Assembly (NCBI GenBank): GCA_004297205.1
Contig: SCUL01000002.1
Location: forward strand, 530,893-594,892
Direction of reading: 5' to 3'
Source: Patescibacteria group bacterium
Lineage (GTDB): Bacteria > Patescibacteriota > Patescibacteriia > 2-12-FULL-57-11
Length of the DNA stretch: 64,000 bases
Shown here: piece after piece, positions 50,562 to 59,557 of the stretch
Layout of the letters: each line of letters begins with the position of its first letter
How positions within the stretch are numbered: position 1 is the first letter of the stretch
Program-made: the position numbers and the translations under genes
The notes under the pieces: generated by a model
What the model was told of the DNA's origin: nothing
The model's input: only the letters and a program-made list of their open reading frames with translations
The model's database searches: none

Positions 50562-51247
50562 CGACTGACGCCACGCATCCCGAAGCCACGCTGGGCGCGC
50601 TCGTGCGTGAGCTGCGCGAAACGGCCAACATCTCGCTCGAGGAGCTGGCCGAAGCCACGCGCATCCAAAAAAAATATCTGGTGGCGCTCGAAGAAGACGC
50701 CCACAAAGAACTGCCGGACCCGACCTACGTCCGCCATTTTCTGCGCGCCGTGGCCACGGCGTTGAACGTGAGTCCCGAAACGCTCTTTGCTCGCTACCAG
50801 CCGCCCGGCGAGCCCGCGCCGGGCCGCATGGAACCGCCCGCGCCGACGAGCGCGCTGGCATTCCTCGTGCCGTCCCGCATCCTGGCACGCGCCGCGATCG
50901 CCGGATTCGTCGTCGTCGTGCTGGCGGTTCTCTTCTGGCAGGTACGCGCCCTGTTCACGCCACCGGAGCTCCTGGTGACCGCGCCGGCCGACGCCGCGCT
51001 CCTCAACGAGCCGGTCGCGACCGTCGTGGGGAGGGTGCGCGGACGAGGGGCCGAAGTGCGTATCAACAACGAGCTGGTCTACCCCGACGAACAGGGGGAT
51101 TTCCGCATCGAAATCGACTTGCAGCAGGGGGCCAACCTGATTAAGATAGCGGCCAAGAAGCCGCGCAGCGCCGAGCGCGTGCTCTGGCGGCAGGTGGTCG
51201 TCGAAACCGCCGCGCCCGCCACCAGCACGCCGCCGGCCCGGCCTTGA
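50558..51247 (+). CDS. RodZ-like protein (N-terminal XRE-type HTH, single TM, C-terminal domain)
   Basis: HTH LGALVRELRETANISLEELAEATRIQKKYLVALEED. A TM helix is followed by a C-terminal beta-domain. Its ATG overlaps the ftsK stop (ATGA). Confidence 0.6.
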   Translation: MTTDATHPEATLGALVRELRETANISLEELAEATRIQKKYLVALEEDAHKELPDPTYVRHFLRAVATALNVSPETLFARYQPPGEPAPGRMEPPAPTSALAFLVPSRILARAAIAGFVVVVLAVLFWQVRALFTPPELLVTAPADAALLNEPVATVVGRVRGRGAEVRINNELVYPDEQGDFRIEIDLQQGANLIKIAAKKPRSAERVLWRQVVVETAAPATSTPPARP

Positions 51248-51317
51248 CAGGACCGGCGCGGTACGCCGGGGGCGGAGGCTCCGGTAGGATGAGGATGAAA
51301 TTCTTGATGCCCTGCAT

Positions 51318-52430
51318 ATGGCCAAACCCGGAAGCAAAGAAGCTATGAGCGCCCGCTCCAAAGCGGCCGGTGAAGCCATCGACCAGATCAGGGAGAAATT
51401 CGGCGATGGCTCGATCATGAAGCTCGGCGACGCCCGCAAGATGACCGTCGAGTCCGTCCCCACCGGCTGCCTGTCGCTCGACTTGGCGCTGGGAGTCGGC
51501 GGCGTGCCGCGCGGCCGCATCGTCGAGATCTACGGCCCGGAATCGTCCGGAAAAACCACGGTCGCCCTGCATATCGTCTCCGAAGTGCAGAAGCTCGGAG
51601 GACTTGCCGCCTACGTCGATGCCGAACACGCCCTGGATCCGGACTACGCTCGCAAAATCGGGGTCAACATCGACGAACTCCTGATTTCCCAGCCGGACAC
51701 CGGCGAACAGGCGCTCGACATCGTGGAAACCCTGGTGCGCTCCAACGCCATCGACGTCATCGTCGTCGACTCGGTGGCCGCGCTCGTGCCGAAAGCGGAA
51801 ATCGAAGGCGAGATGGGCGACCAGCACATGGGTCTCCAGGCGCGCCTGATGTCCCAGGCCCTGCGCAAGTTGACCGCCATCATTTCCAAATCCAAGACCA
51901 TCCTCGTCTTCATCAACCAGACGCGCATGAAGATCGGCATCGTCTTCGGCAATCCGGAAACGACGACCGGCGGCATGGCCCTCAAGTTCTACAGCTCGGT
52001 GCGCGTGGAGATCCGCCGCGCCGCGCAGATCAAACAGGCCGAGAAGATCATCGGCAACCGCGTCAAAGCCAAAATCGTGAAGAACAAGGTGGCGGCGCCC
52101 TTCCGCACCACCGAGTTCGACATCATGTATAATGAAGGCATCTCGCTGTCCGGCGACCTGCTGGACGTCGCGGTGCTCGAGGGTGTGGTCGCGAAAAACG
52201 GCAACACCTATTCCTGGGGCGACTTGAAACTCGGCATCGGCCGCGAGGCGGCCAAGAGCTACCTGCGCGCCTCGGCCGAGACCATGGCCGCGATCCGCGC
52301 CGCGGTGCTGACGGCGGTCGAAAAGAAGGACCGCGCCGAACTCATCGCCGCGCGCCCCGAACTCGGCACCGCTGCGGACGAAGAACCGCCGCTCGACGAC
52401 GCGCTGGCGCCGGCGACGGCTGAAGCCTGA
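51318..52430 (+). CDS. recA: recombinase RecA
   Basis: Walker [11 protein letters not shown]1/L2 loops and the C-terminal acidic tail are present. Confidence 0.95.
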   Translation: MAKPGSKEAMSARSKAAGEAIDQIREKFGDGSIMKLGDARKMTVESVPTGCLSLDLALGVGGVPRGRIVEIYGPESSGKTTVALHIVSEVQKLGGLAAYVDAEHALDPDYARKIGVNIDELLISQPDTGEQALDIVETLVRSNAIDVIVVDSVAALVPKAEIEGEMGDQHMGLQARLMSQALRKLTAIISKSKTILVFINQTRMKIGIVFGNPETTTGGMALKFYSSVRVEIRRAAQIKQAEKIIGNRVKAKIVKNKVAAPFRTTEFDIMYNEGISLSGDLLDVAVLEGVVAKNGNTYSWGDLKLGIGREAAKSYLRASAETMAAIRAAVLTAVEKKDRAELIAARPELGTAADEEPPLDDALAPATAEA

Positions 52431-52435
52431 ACGCT

Positions 52436-52870
52436 ATGATCGTCGTTGTCGCCCGCCATGGCAGCCAAAATTTCGACACCGGTGCGCTGACCGCCGAAGG
52501 CCGCGCCCAAGTGGAAGCCTTGGCCGGACGTCTCAAGGCCGCATTGCCCGCGGGCGACATCTTCCTGGCGTACTCGGACGTCTCGCGCACCAAGGAAACC
52601 GCTGACATCCTGATCGGCGCGCTCACGCCGAAAAAAACATTGCCTCTTGCCTGGCTCCAGGACGGCGAACTGGCCGGTCGGCGCGCGCGCACCCTGGGAG
52701 AACATACGCCCGGCTTCTCGGTGGCGCTGCTTGTCACCCATCTGCCGGTCGCCAACGAAATCCTCGGTTCCTTCGCCAGGGAATTCCAGATGGACGATCC
52801 GCCAAAGGGTCCGGAGCTGGCCGAAGCGATCGTCGCCGATCCGGAAGCAAAGACGTTCACCCGCATCTGA
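52436..52870 (+). CDS. histidine phosphatase family protein (SixA/PGAM-like)
   Basis: N-terminal RHG motif (VVVARHGSQNFD) and a downstream catalytic His (VTHLPV). Confidence 0.6.
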   Translation: MIVVVARHGSQNFDTGALTAEGRAQVEALAGRLKAALPAGDIFLAYSDVSRTKETADILIGALTPKKTLPLAWLQDGELAGRRARTLGEHTPGFSVALLVTHLPVANEILGSFAREFQMDDPPKGPELAEAIVADPEAKTFTRI

Positions 52871-52905
52871 TGCAGAACACCGCCCCTGTGGGCGGTGTTC
52901 TGCAT
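52868..52905 (+). promoter_or_regulatory. 17-bp perfect inverted repeat hairpin (no U-tract) between genes
   Basis: Sequence GATGCAGAACACCGCCC ctgt GGGCGGTGTTCTGCATC. It ends 2 nt before ATG 52908. Confidence 0.4.
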
Positions 52906-52907
52906 CC

Positions 52908-53468
52908 ATGTTCATGCCACCGGCATCTTCTTCGGACATCACCGCCCTCGTTGCTTCCGATCCTTGGCGCATGCGCGTCCTTGCTGCGGTGCGCGATCTT
53001 GATCTCCCCGACTGCTGGGTCGGCGCCGGATTCGTCCGCAACCTGGTCTGGGACGAGCTGCACGGCTACGCGGAGCGCACGCCGCTCACCGACGTCGATG
53101 TCGTGTACTTCGATCCGTCGGACGTCCGCGAGGAAGCCGAGGCGACGATCGCCGCACGTCTGCACGAGCAGCTCCCCGACGTGCCTTGGGAGGTCGTGAA
53201 TCAGGCCCGCGCCCACCGCTTCCATGGCCACGCCCCGTACCGCTCGACGACCGAAGCGCTCTCGCACTGGGTGGAGACGGCCACGTGCATCGGGGCACGC
53301 TTGGGCCAGGATGGTCGAGTGGAGATCACGGCACCATACGGCGTAGCCGATCTTGTCACAGGAACGCTTCGGCCGGTGCCAGACCGAGACATATTCACGT
53401 TCAACGAACGAATTTCCAAAAAAGGCTGGTTGAAACGTTGGCCGAAGCTCACTGTCGCCGCAGATTGA
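52908..53468 (+). CDS. nucleotidyltransferase family protein (NTP_transf_6/DUF925-like)
   Basis: WVGAGFVRNLVWDELHGY...DVDVVYFDP matches this family. The start was chosen at ATG 52908; the track ORF 52647 N-terminal extension is rejected. Confidence 0.6.
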   Translation: MFMPPASSSDITALVASDPWRMRVLAAVRDLDLPDCWVGAGFVRNLVWDELHGYAERTPLTDVDVVYFDPSDVREEAEATIAARLHEQLPDVPWEVVNQARAHRFHGHAPYRSTTEALSHWVETATCIGARLGQDGRVEITAPYGVADLVTGTLRPVPDRDIFTFNERISKKGWLKRWPKLTVAAD

Positions 53469-53469
53469 A

Positions 53470-53493
53470 AACGCCGCCCTGAGGGCGGCGTTT
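53470..53493. terminator. bidirectional intrinsic terminator between convergent genes
   Basis: Sequence aaacgccgccc tgag ggcggcgtttt c. Confidence 0.55.
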
Positions 53494-53979
53494 TCATGTC
53501 CGGCGTTCGTACGTGTAGAAGGTGAAGGCGTGCGGATTGCGTTCGTCTGCGTTGTGATCTTCCCGGAAGGTCTCCTGCCATTCCGATTCCAGTAATTCCG
53601 GAAACGTCACGTCGCCCTCGATGGTGGCATGGACGCGCGTAAAGTACACACGGTCCGCCCGCGGCAAGGCCTCCCGATACATTTCCCCGCCGCCAATGAC
53701 AAAGATCTCGCCCTCTCCCGCCGCGGCAAGCGCCGCCTCGAGCGAGGCAAAGGCCTCGACCGGCTGCCCGGCGAGCTTTCCCGGATCGCGCGTCACCACA
53801 AGCATCCGTCGATCCGGCAACGGACGCCCGATCGACTCCCAGGTCTTGCGGCCCATGACGATGGCGTGACCCGTGGTGAGCTTCTTGAATTTCTTCAAGT
53901 CCGCAGGAAGATGCCAAGGCAACCCGTTCTTGCTGCCGATCACGCCATTCTCGGAAACTGCAACGACGAGCGAGATCAT
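53494..53979 (-). CDS. folA: dihydrofolate reductase
   Basis: [22 protein letters not shown]...[24 protein letters not shown]. The ATG overlaps the thyA stop. Confidence 0.85.
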   Translation of the reverse strand: MISLVVAVSENGVIGSKNGLPWHLPADLKKFKKLTTGHAIVMGRKTWESIGRPLPDRRMLVVTRDPGKLAGQPVEAFASLEAALAAAGEGEIFVIGGGEMYREALPRADRVYFTRVHATIEGDVTFPELLESEWQETFREDHNADERNPHAFTFYTYERRT

Positions 53980-54773
53980 ACCGCGACCGGCGCCTTGATG
54001 GCCGGATGCGGGTCGTAGCCCTCGATGGCCACGTCCTCGAACTTGAAATCGAAGAGATTCTTTACGGCTGGATTCAGAACGAGTTTCGGCAGCGGCCGCG
54101 GTGCGCGGGACAGTTGTTCCTTCACCTGGTCCAGATGGTTCAGGTAGATGTGGACGTCACCGAAGGTGTGGATGAACTCGCCGGGCTGCAGTCCCGTGAC
54201 CTGGGCGATCATATGGGTGAGGAGCGCGTACGAGGCGACGTTGAACGGTACGCCCAGGAAGACGTCGGCCGAGCGTTGGTAAAGCTGGCAGGAAAGCTTG
54301 CCGTCCACGACGTAGAACTGGAACAGGCAGTGGCAGGGCGGCAGCGCCATCTGGTCGATGTAGGGGACGTTCCAAGCCGAGACGATCAGGCGGCGGGAAT
54401 GCGGCTTGGTCTTGATCTCGTTCACCAGCCAGGAAATCTGGTCGTACGTCTTGCCGTCGCCGTTCGGCCAGCGGCGCCACTGCGCGCCGTAGACCGGGCC
54501 GAGATCGCCGTTCTCCGCGTTGGCCCACTCATTCCAGATGCGCACGCCGTTATCCTGGAGATATTTCACGTTGGTGTCGCCGGCCAGGAACCACAGCAGC
54601 TCGTGGGTCACGGATTTGGGATGGACCTTCTTCGTCGTGAGGAGCGGAAAGCCGTCCGCCAAATTGTGGCGGTACTGATAACCGAAGGTGCTGATCGTCC
54701 CGGTGCCGGTGCGGTCTTCCTTCTTCACGCCGTGGTCCAGGATGTGCTGGAGAAGATCCAAATACTGTCGCAT
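53976..54773 (-). CDS. thyA: thymidylate synthase (ThyA)
   Basis: [15 protein letters not shown]...[11 protein letters not shown]...[14 protein letters not shown] lies 8 nt upstream of ATG 54773 on the minus strand. Confidence 0.9.
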   Translation of the reverse strand: MRQYLDLLQHILDHGVKKEDRTGTGTISTFGYQYRHNLADGFPLLTTKKVHPKSVTHELLWFLAGDTNVKYLQDNGVRIWNEWANAENGDLGPVYGAQWRRWPNGDGKTYDQISWLVNEIKTKPHSRRLIVSAWNVPYIDQMALPPCHCLFQFYVVDGKLSCQLYQRSADVFLGVPFNVASYALLTHMIAQVTGLQPGEFIHTFGDVHIYLNHLDQVKEQLSRAPRPLPKLVLNPAVKNLFDFKFEDVAIEGYDPHPAIKAPVAV

Positions 54774-54820
54774 ATGTGCGCATGGTATCCCCCTGAGCGC
54801 ACAGGGACAAACGCCTGGAA

Positions 54821-54850
54821 ACAAAAGAAAACCGCCGTTGGTCGGCGGTT
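54821..54850 (-). terminator. Rho-independent terminator after efp
   Basis: The minus strand reads aaccgccg accaa cggcggtt followed by ttcttttgtttcc. Confidence 0.55.
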
Positions 54851-54865
54851 TTCCACAGCTTCTCC

Positions 54866-55423
54866 TCAGGCCCGTTCCACGTACTCGCCCGTGTCGGTGT
54901 TGATGATGATTTTTTCGCCCTGTTTGATGAACATCGGCACTTTCACTTTGATGCCGGTATCGAGCGTCACGTCCTTGGTGACGTTGCCGGAGGTGTCGCC
55001 GCGCACCGCGTCCTGCGCTTCAGTCACGGTGAAGGTGATCTTGCGCGGCAGTTGCACGGCCACGGCCGCGCCTTCGTACATCACCACGAGCGCTTCGATG
55101 CCTTCTTTAAGGTAGCCCTCTTTGCCCTCGAGCATGGCTTTCGGGACGAGCACCTGGTCGTAGGTGGCGCTGTCCATGAAGGTCGCGCCGTTGGCATCGG
55201 AGAACAAATACTGCATGGAGCGCCGCTCGACGTCGACAATGTCGACGTTCTCCCCGCTCTTCCAGGTGTTTTCGAGCGACTTCCCGCTGCCGATGGAGCG
55301 CATCTTCACGCGTGTGAAGGCCGCGCCCTTGCCCGGGTTCACGTGCTGGAACTCGGTCACCACGAACAAATCGTTCTTGAACCGCACCACCACGTCTTTG
55401 GAGATATCGCTTGTGTCTGGCAT
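54866..55423 (-). CDS. efp: elongation factor P
   Basis: 185 aa with a KOW-like N-terminal domain and two OB domains ([16 protein letters not shown]). Confidence 0.9.
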   Translation of the reverse strand: MPDTSDISKDVVVRFKNDLFVVTEFQHVNPGKGAAFTRVKMRSIGSGKSLENTWKSGENVDIVDVERRSMQYLFSDANGATFMDSATYDQVLVPKAMLEGKEGYLKEGIEALVVMYEGAAVAVQLPRKITFTVTEAQDAVRGDTSGNVTKDVTLDTGIKVKVPMFIKQGEKIIINTDTGEYVERA

Positions 55424-55428
55424 AACGG

Positions 55429-56784
55429 CTAGTTTTTACCAGAGCCCCGGAAAAGTGTCGAGGCCGGCAGGAAACGGACCTGGTCGATGTCGGCAGCGTC
55501 CGTCATGAGCATCACGAGCCGGTCGACGCCCAGCGCGGTGCCGCCCGAGGGCGGCATGCCGACCTCGAGCGCGGCAAGGAGGTCCTCGTCGATCGGGAGC
55601 TGCGTCTTTTTCAGCTTCTTGCGCAAAACGCGCTCTTCCACGAGGCGGACGCGTTGCTCCACCGGGTCGTTCAACTCGGTGTAGCCGTTTGAAAGCTCGA
55701 GACCGCCGACATAGACCTCGAAGCGTTCGGCAAAGGCCGGATCGCCCTCTTTGAGCTTGGCGAGCGCGGACAAGGGCGCCGGGTAGTCGTAGACAATGGT
55801 CGGCCGGCGGCGGCCGAGGCAAGGTTCGACTTCGTTCAAGAAGACGCGGAAGAACAGGTCCTCGTAGCGCTCCTTCTCGTCCGGCCGGTAGCCTTTGGCG
55901 CGCACCGCGGCAAACAGCGCGTCGCGGTCGCGCAGCGCTTCCGGATCCATGCCCGCGTACTGGCGGAAAGCCTCGGACACGCTCATCCGCTCGACGCCGG
56001 TGAGATCGATCGTCGCGCCCTGGAACGGCAGTACCAGCTCGCCGACCACGTCCTTGGCGACGTAGCGCAGGAGCTCTTCGACGTCGTCCATGATCTCGCG
56101 GTACGAGGCGTAGGCCCGGTACCACTCGAGCATCAGGAATTCCGGATTGTGCGTCTTCCCCCATTCTTCGCCGTTCCGATAAACGCGCGCGACGTCGTAG
56201 ATGCGCTCGAATCCGGCAGTGAGCAGTTTCTTCAAGCTGTACTCCGGCGAGGTCACGAGGTAGCCGGGCGACTTCTTGCCGCGGACGTCGATGAGCGTGG
56301 TCTCGAACGGCGTGAGGTAGGGCTCCATGCCTGGTGCGGCCACAAGCGCCGGCGTGTCGCATTCCGTGAAGCCGCGTTTGGCAAAGAAGGCACGGATGGC
56401 GGCGAGCACTGCGGCGCGCTTCTGGAGCACGGCGCGCGCCTCAGGTGCGCGGACGAGCTGTTCCCACTGGCTCGCATCGGTCGGCGCGCGGCGGTTCGGC
56501 ACGAGCACGCGCAGGGCCTCCGCCTGGACGCGATGTGCCTGGACGAGTCCCGTGCACTCCACGATGTCGTTGACCTGCGCAGGCGTCTCCGGCGGCGCGA
56601 TGCAGGTGACGGTGCCGGTCTCATCGGCGACCACGAGCAACGCCTGCCCGTGGCGCTCCTCGCGCGACAAAACACGCCCGCAGACCGTCACTTTTTTGAC
56701 GACGGCGCGCTTCGCCTGCGCGGCCGTCGCGGTGCGCGCGGCGCGGGCGGGGTACGCGTATTGCTTGGGTTCCTGCTTCGGCAT
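55429..56784 (-). CDS. lysS: lysine--tRNA ligase, class II
   Basis: N-terminal OB anticodon-binding fold. Class II motif 2 YRNGEEWGKTHNPEFLMLEWY and motif 3 GGTALGVDRLVML are present. ATG 56784 is preceded by AGGAGG at 5 nt. Confidence 0.85.
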   Translation of the reverse strand: MPKQEPKQYAYPARAARTATAAQAKRAVVKKVTVCGRVLSREERHGQALLVVADETGTVTCIAPPETPAQVNDIVECTGLVQAHRVQAEALRVLVPNRRAPTDASQWEQLVRAPEARAVLQKRAAVLAAIRAFFAKRGFTECDTPALVAAPGMEPYLTPFETTLIDVRGKKSPGYLVTSPEYSLKKLLTAGFERIYDVARVYRNGEEWGKTHNPEFLMLEWYRAYASYREIMDDVEELLRYVAKDVVGELVLPFQGATIDLTGVERMSVSEAFRQYAGMDPEALRDRDALFAAVRAKGYRPDEKERYEDLFFRVFLNEVEPCLGRRRPTIVYDYPAPLSALAKLKEGDPAFAERFEVYVGGLELSNGYTELNDPVEQRVRLVEERVLRKKLKKTQLPIDEDLLAALEVGMPPSGGTALGVDRLVMLMTDAADIDQVRFLPASTLFRGSGKN

Positions 56785-56802
56785 TCACTCCTCCTTCTAT
56801 GC

Positions 56803-57030
56803 TTAGCGGGATTCGAACGGAATGAGCGCCATGACGCGCGCGCGTTTCGCGGCGGTCGCGAACTTCCGCTGGTGCATCGCGCACAGGCCGGAACGGCGGC
56901 GCGGCATGATCTTGCCATACGAGGACAGAAACTTGCGCAGGGCAGGCACGTCCTTGTAGTCGATCACTTCTTTGTTGTTGATGCACCAGTGGCAGCCCGT
57001 CGGGCGCGGTGCGGTTTTGCGGAGTGCCAT
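56803..57030 (-). CDS. rpsR: 30S ribosomal protein S18
   Basis: YKDVPALRKFLSSYGKIMPRRRSGLCAMHQRKFATAAKRAR. Start chosen at ATG 57030; the track start is TTG. Confidence 0.85.
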   Translation of the reverse strand: MALRKTAPRPTGCHWCINNKEVIDYKDVPALRKFLSSYGKIMPRRRSGLCAMHQRKFATAAKRARVMALIPFESR

Positions 57031-57035
57031 AGAAT

Positions 57036-57485
57036 TCAAAAGGGAATGTCTTCGATCTTGATCTCGTCATCCGGGGCGGAGGCCGGCATGGGAGCCGGGG
57101 CCGGCATCGGGGCGGGCGCGGCGGCGGGTGCCGGGCGCGGCATCGAGCCGCCTTGCGGCGCGCGGTCGAGGAGGATCATGTTCTCTGCCACGATTTCCGT
57201 GCGGTTGCGCTTCACGCCGTCCTGGCCGTCCCACTCGCGGGTCTGGATGCGGCCCTCGACGTACACCTTGCGGCCGCGCGCCAGGTACTGCCCGCAAATT
57301 TCCGCGAGTTTGCCCCAGGCGACGACGTTGTGGAATTCGACCTTCTCCTGCTTCTGGCCCTGCGCGTCCTTCCAGACGTGGTTCGTGGCCACGCCGAAGG
57401 AGCAGACGTTCTGGCCAGTGGTCGTGGTGCGCGACTCCGGGTCGCGCGTCACGTTGCCGATGATCATTGCTCTGTTGAGGTTCAT
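57036..57485 (-). CDS. ssb: single-stranded DNA-binding protein
   Basis: OB fold MNLNRAMIIGNVTRDPE...FHNVVAWGKLAE. Pro/Ala-rich linker and acidic tail DDEIKIEDIPF. Start chosen at ATG 57485. Confidence 0.85.
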   Translation of the reverse strand: MNLNRAMIIGNVTRDPESRTTTTGQNVCSFGVATNHVWKDAQGQKQEKVEFHNVVAWGKLAEICGQYLARGRKVYVEGRIQTREWDGQDGVKRNRTEIVAENMILLDRAPQGGSMPRPAPAAAPAPMPAPAPMPASAPDDEIKIEDIPF

Positions 57486-57618
57486 AGGATGTGGAACGAC
57501 GTTCGTGCGTGGATGCAGTGCGAGGAGAGCGTGAGGCGCGCAGGGAGCCGTACTACCACGTACGGTGACCGAGCACCGCAGCGCTCGACGACGCAATGCG
57601 CCGCGCGCGGACGTCGGT

Positions 57619-58062
57619 TCATTTGGAGGCTTCCGTCAGAAGCTCATCAATCTTCTTGTCGATGTCTTCTTGGGACAGCGGCGAGGCGGCAACCGGGGCG
57701 GCCATGACCGGCGCGACCGTCTCCGGCGCGCGCTCCTCGTCCGGACGGACGAACAGGTTGACCGTCGTCAGCATGACTTCGTCGGCGTTGACGATCATGT
57801 GGCGGATGACCCCGTTGTCGAGGCGGAGATCCGCGTCGAGCTTGGCGATCTGGGCCGGCTCGGCTGTGAAGCGCACCAGGATATAGTGGCCGTAGCGGTG
57901 CGCGCCGATCGGGTAGGCCAGCTTCACTTTGCCGGCATGCTCGTTCAACTTGATCGTGGCGCCGGCACCGGAAATCAGGCCGTCGATGCGGCTGCGGACG
58001 CCTTTGAGCTCGGCGTCGGTGAGCTCGCCCGACAGGGCGTAGAGAAGTTCGTACTGCTTCAT
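57619..58062 (-). CDS. rpsF: 30S ribosomal protein S6
   Basis: MKQYELLYALSGELTDAELKGV...YGHYILVRF. Start chosen at ATG 58062; the long track N-terminal extension is rejected. Confidence 0.85.
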   Translation of the reverse strand: MKQYELLYALSGELTDAELKGVRSRIDGLISGAGATIKLNEHAGKVKLAYPIGAHRYGHYILVRFTAEPAQIAKLDADLRLDNGVIRHMIVNADEVMLTTVNLFVRPDEERAPETVAPVMAAPVAASPLSQEDIDKKIDELLTEASK

Positions 58063-58142
58063 AGATTCGCCCCCGGCGCCGGACTTATGTGCCCGGCCGC
58101 GTGGTCCCCGCCAGAGGCGGGGCGGGGGATTTGTTCGTCCGG

Positions 58143-58171
58143 ACACTACCAGACCCCTTTGCGCCTGACAA
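58143..58171 (-). promoter_or_regulatory. putative sigma70 promoter (TTGTCA-17-TAGTGT) for the rpsF-ssb-rpsR-lysS-efp operon
   Basis: The minus strand reads TTGTCA ggcgcaaaggggtctgg TAGTGT. An approximately 75-nt leader follows with hairpin CCCCGCC tct GGCGGGG. The divergent plus-strand -10 GGTACACT lies at 58186. Confidence 0.4.
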
Positions 58172-58203
58172 GGGTCGGCCACCCGGGTACACTGACAGGC
58201 GTT

Positions 58204-59427
58204 ATGCCGCTGTTTTTCGCCGAGCTCGGCCGCCACCCCGCCTTGTCCGCAACCGAATTGCTGATCCGCTCCCGGACCGACGGTACCCCGCTTGCGCTTG
58301 GCCCGTTCGGGCCGGATATCCTCCTGCTCGATGGACCGGAGCCGCCGTCCGGTTTCGCGGGCGCGCTCGGCGGCACCATCCGTTTCGGCCAGGTGTTGGA
58401 AACGTACAACGGCGCACCGACGGAGGCGCAGGTCATCGACGCCGTGGCCGCCGCAGTCGGCGCGCGCATCGCCGCCGGGAAAACGACCTTCGGCTTATCC
58501 GCCGCGGCGCTTGGCCCGAACATCCCCCTCCCCTCGCTGCCGAAGTTGCGCGCCTGGGGGCTCAGCGTAAAGAAAACGCTCAAGGAACGCGGTTCGGCTC
58601 GGCTCATCACCGGCACGGGACGCTTGCTTTCGCCGGTCGCCGTCGCCAAGAACGGCCTGCTCGCGACAGGCGGCGATTTTCTCATCCTGATCGAACGCAG
58701 CCGCTGGCACCTGGCACGCACCAGCTTCGTCCACGACTTCGAAGGCCAGGCCCACCGCGAATTCGACCGACCGGTGGCCAACCCCCAATCCGGCATGCTG
58801 CCGGTGCAGCTGGCCCGCGTCCTCGTAAATCTCTCCGGCAAAAGCGGCACGCTGCTCGACCCGTTCTGCGGCTCGGGCACGGTCCTCGGCGAAGCCATGC
58901 TCCTCGGCTGGCAGCGCGTCATCGGCAGCGACATTTCCATGCAGGAGGTGGATGCGGCGCGCGCCAACCTGGCCTGGCTTGCCAACCAGGCCGGCCGGCT
59001 GCGGCCGCCGGAGTTGCTCGTCTCATCCGCCGAAGGACTGGATCGGACCATTCCGCGCGGCACGATCGACGCCATCGTGACCGAGCCGACGCTCGGCCCG
59101 GCACTCCGTGGCCGCGTGGAGGTCAGCAAACTGATAAAAAACGCCGAAGATTTGAAAAAGCTCTATCGCCGCGCGCTGGCGGCGTTCCGGCAACCGCTCA
59201 AAGACGGCGGCCGCGTGGTCATGGTCTTCCCGCGTTTCAACGACGGCCGCATCCCCACCACCCTCCTCGACAAAGATTTCGCCGCCATCGGTTATAAGAG
59301 GATGGTGCCGGCCCGCGACCTGCCGGCGGCGCTGCGCACGGACACGACACCCGAGGGCAACCTGCGCTATGCCCGGGCCGACGCCCGGGTGATCCGTGAA
59401 ATCGTCATTCTGGTGAAGCAATCTTAG
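58204..59427 (+). CDS. class I SAM-dependent RNA methyltransferase (Trm11/RlmL-like N2-guanine/N6-adenine type, putative)
   Basis: Motif I LLDPFCGSGTVLGEA and motif IV-like IVTEPTLG. ATG 58204 lies 10 nt after TACACT. The track start 57565 is rejected. Confidence 0.6.
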   Translation: MPLFFAELGRHPALSATELLIRSRTDGTPLALGPFGPDILLLDGPEPPSGFAGALGGTIRFGQVLETYNGAPTEAQVIDAVAAAVGARIAAGKTTFGLSAAALGPNIPLPSLPKLRAWGLSVKKTLKERGSARLITGTGRLLSPVAVAKNGLLATGGDFLILIERSRWHLARTSFVHDFEGQAHREFDRPVANPQSGMLPVQLARVLVNLSGKSGTLLDPFCGSGTVLGEAMLLGWQRVIGSDISMQEVDAARANLAWLANQAGRLRPPELLVSSAEGLDRTIPRGTIDAIVTEPTLGPALRGRVEVSKLIKNAEDLKKLYRRALAAFRQPLKDGGRVVMVFPRFNDGRIPTTLLDKDFAAIGYKRMVPARDLPAALRTDTTPEGNLRYARADARVIREIVILVKQS

Positions 59428-59472
59428 GCGGGGATATGCGTAGTAGTGTATCGGCGGGACTGATAGTCAGGC

Positions 59473-59501
59473 TTGACAAAAGCCTGAAAAACCACTAGTC
59501 T
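59473..59501 (+). promoter_or_regulatory. sigma70 promoter (TTGACA-17-TAGTCT)
   Basis: Sequence TTGACA aaagcctgaaaaaccac TAGTCT. It is overlapped by the small hairpin CAGGCTT..AGCCTG. Confidence 0.55.
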
Positions 59502-59557
59502 CCGCTGTTTTGAAGACACCTGATTTCGCAGGTTTTCCCTTCAAAACGAGGAGTTCC

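Noticed and set aside
47925-50888. 987-aa minus-strand ORF
   Set aside because: It is entirely antisense to ftsK, whose Walker A and FtsK domains are unmistakable. Its composition is Arg/Gly/Ala-rich with no motifs. It is a high-GC antisense artefact.
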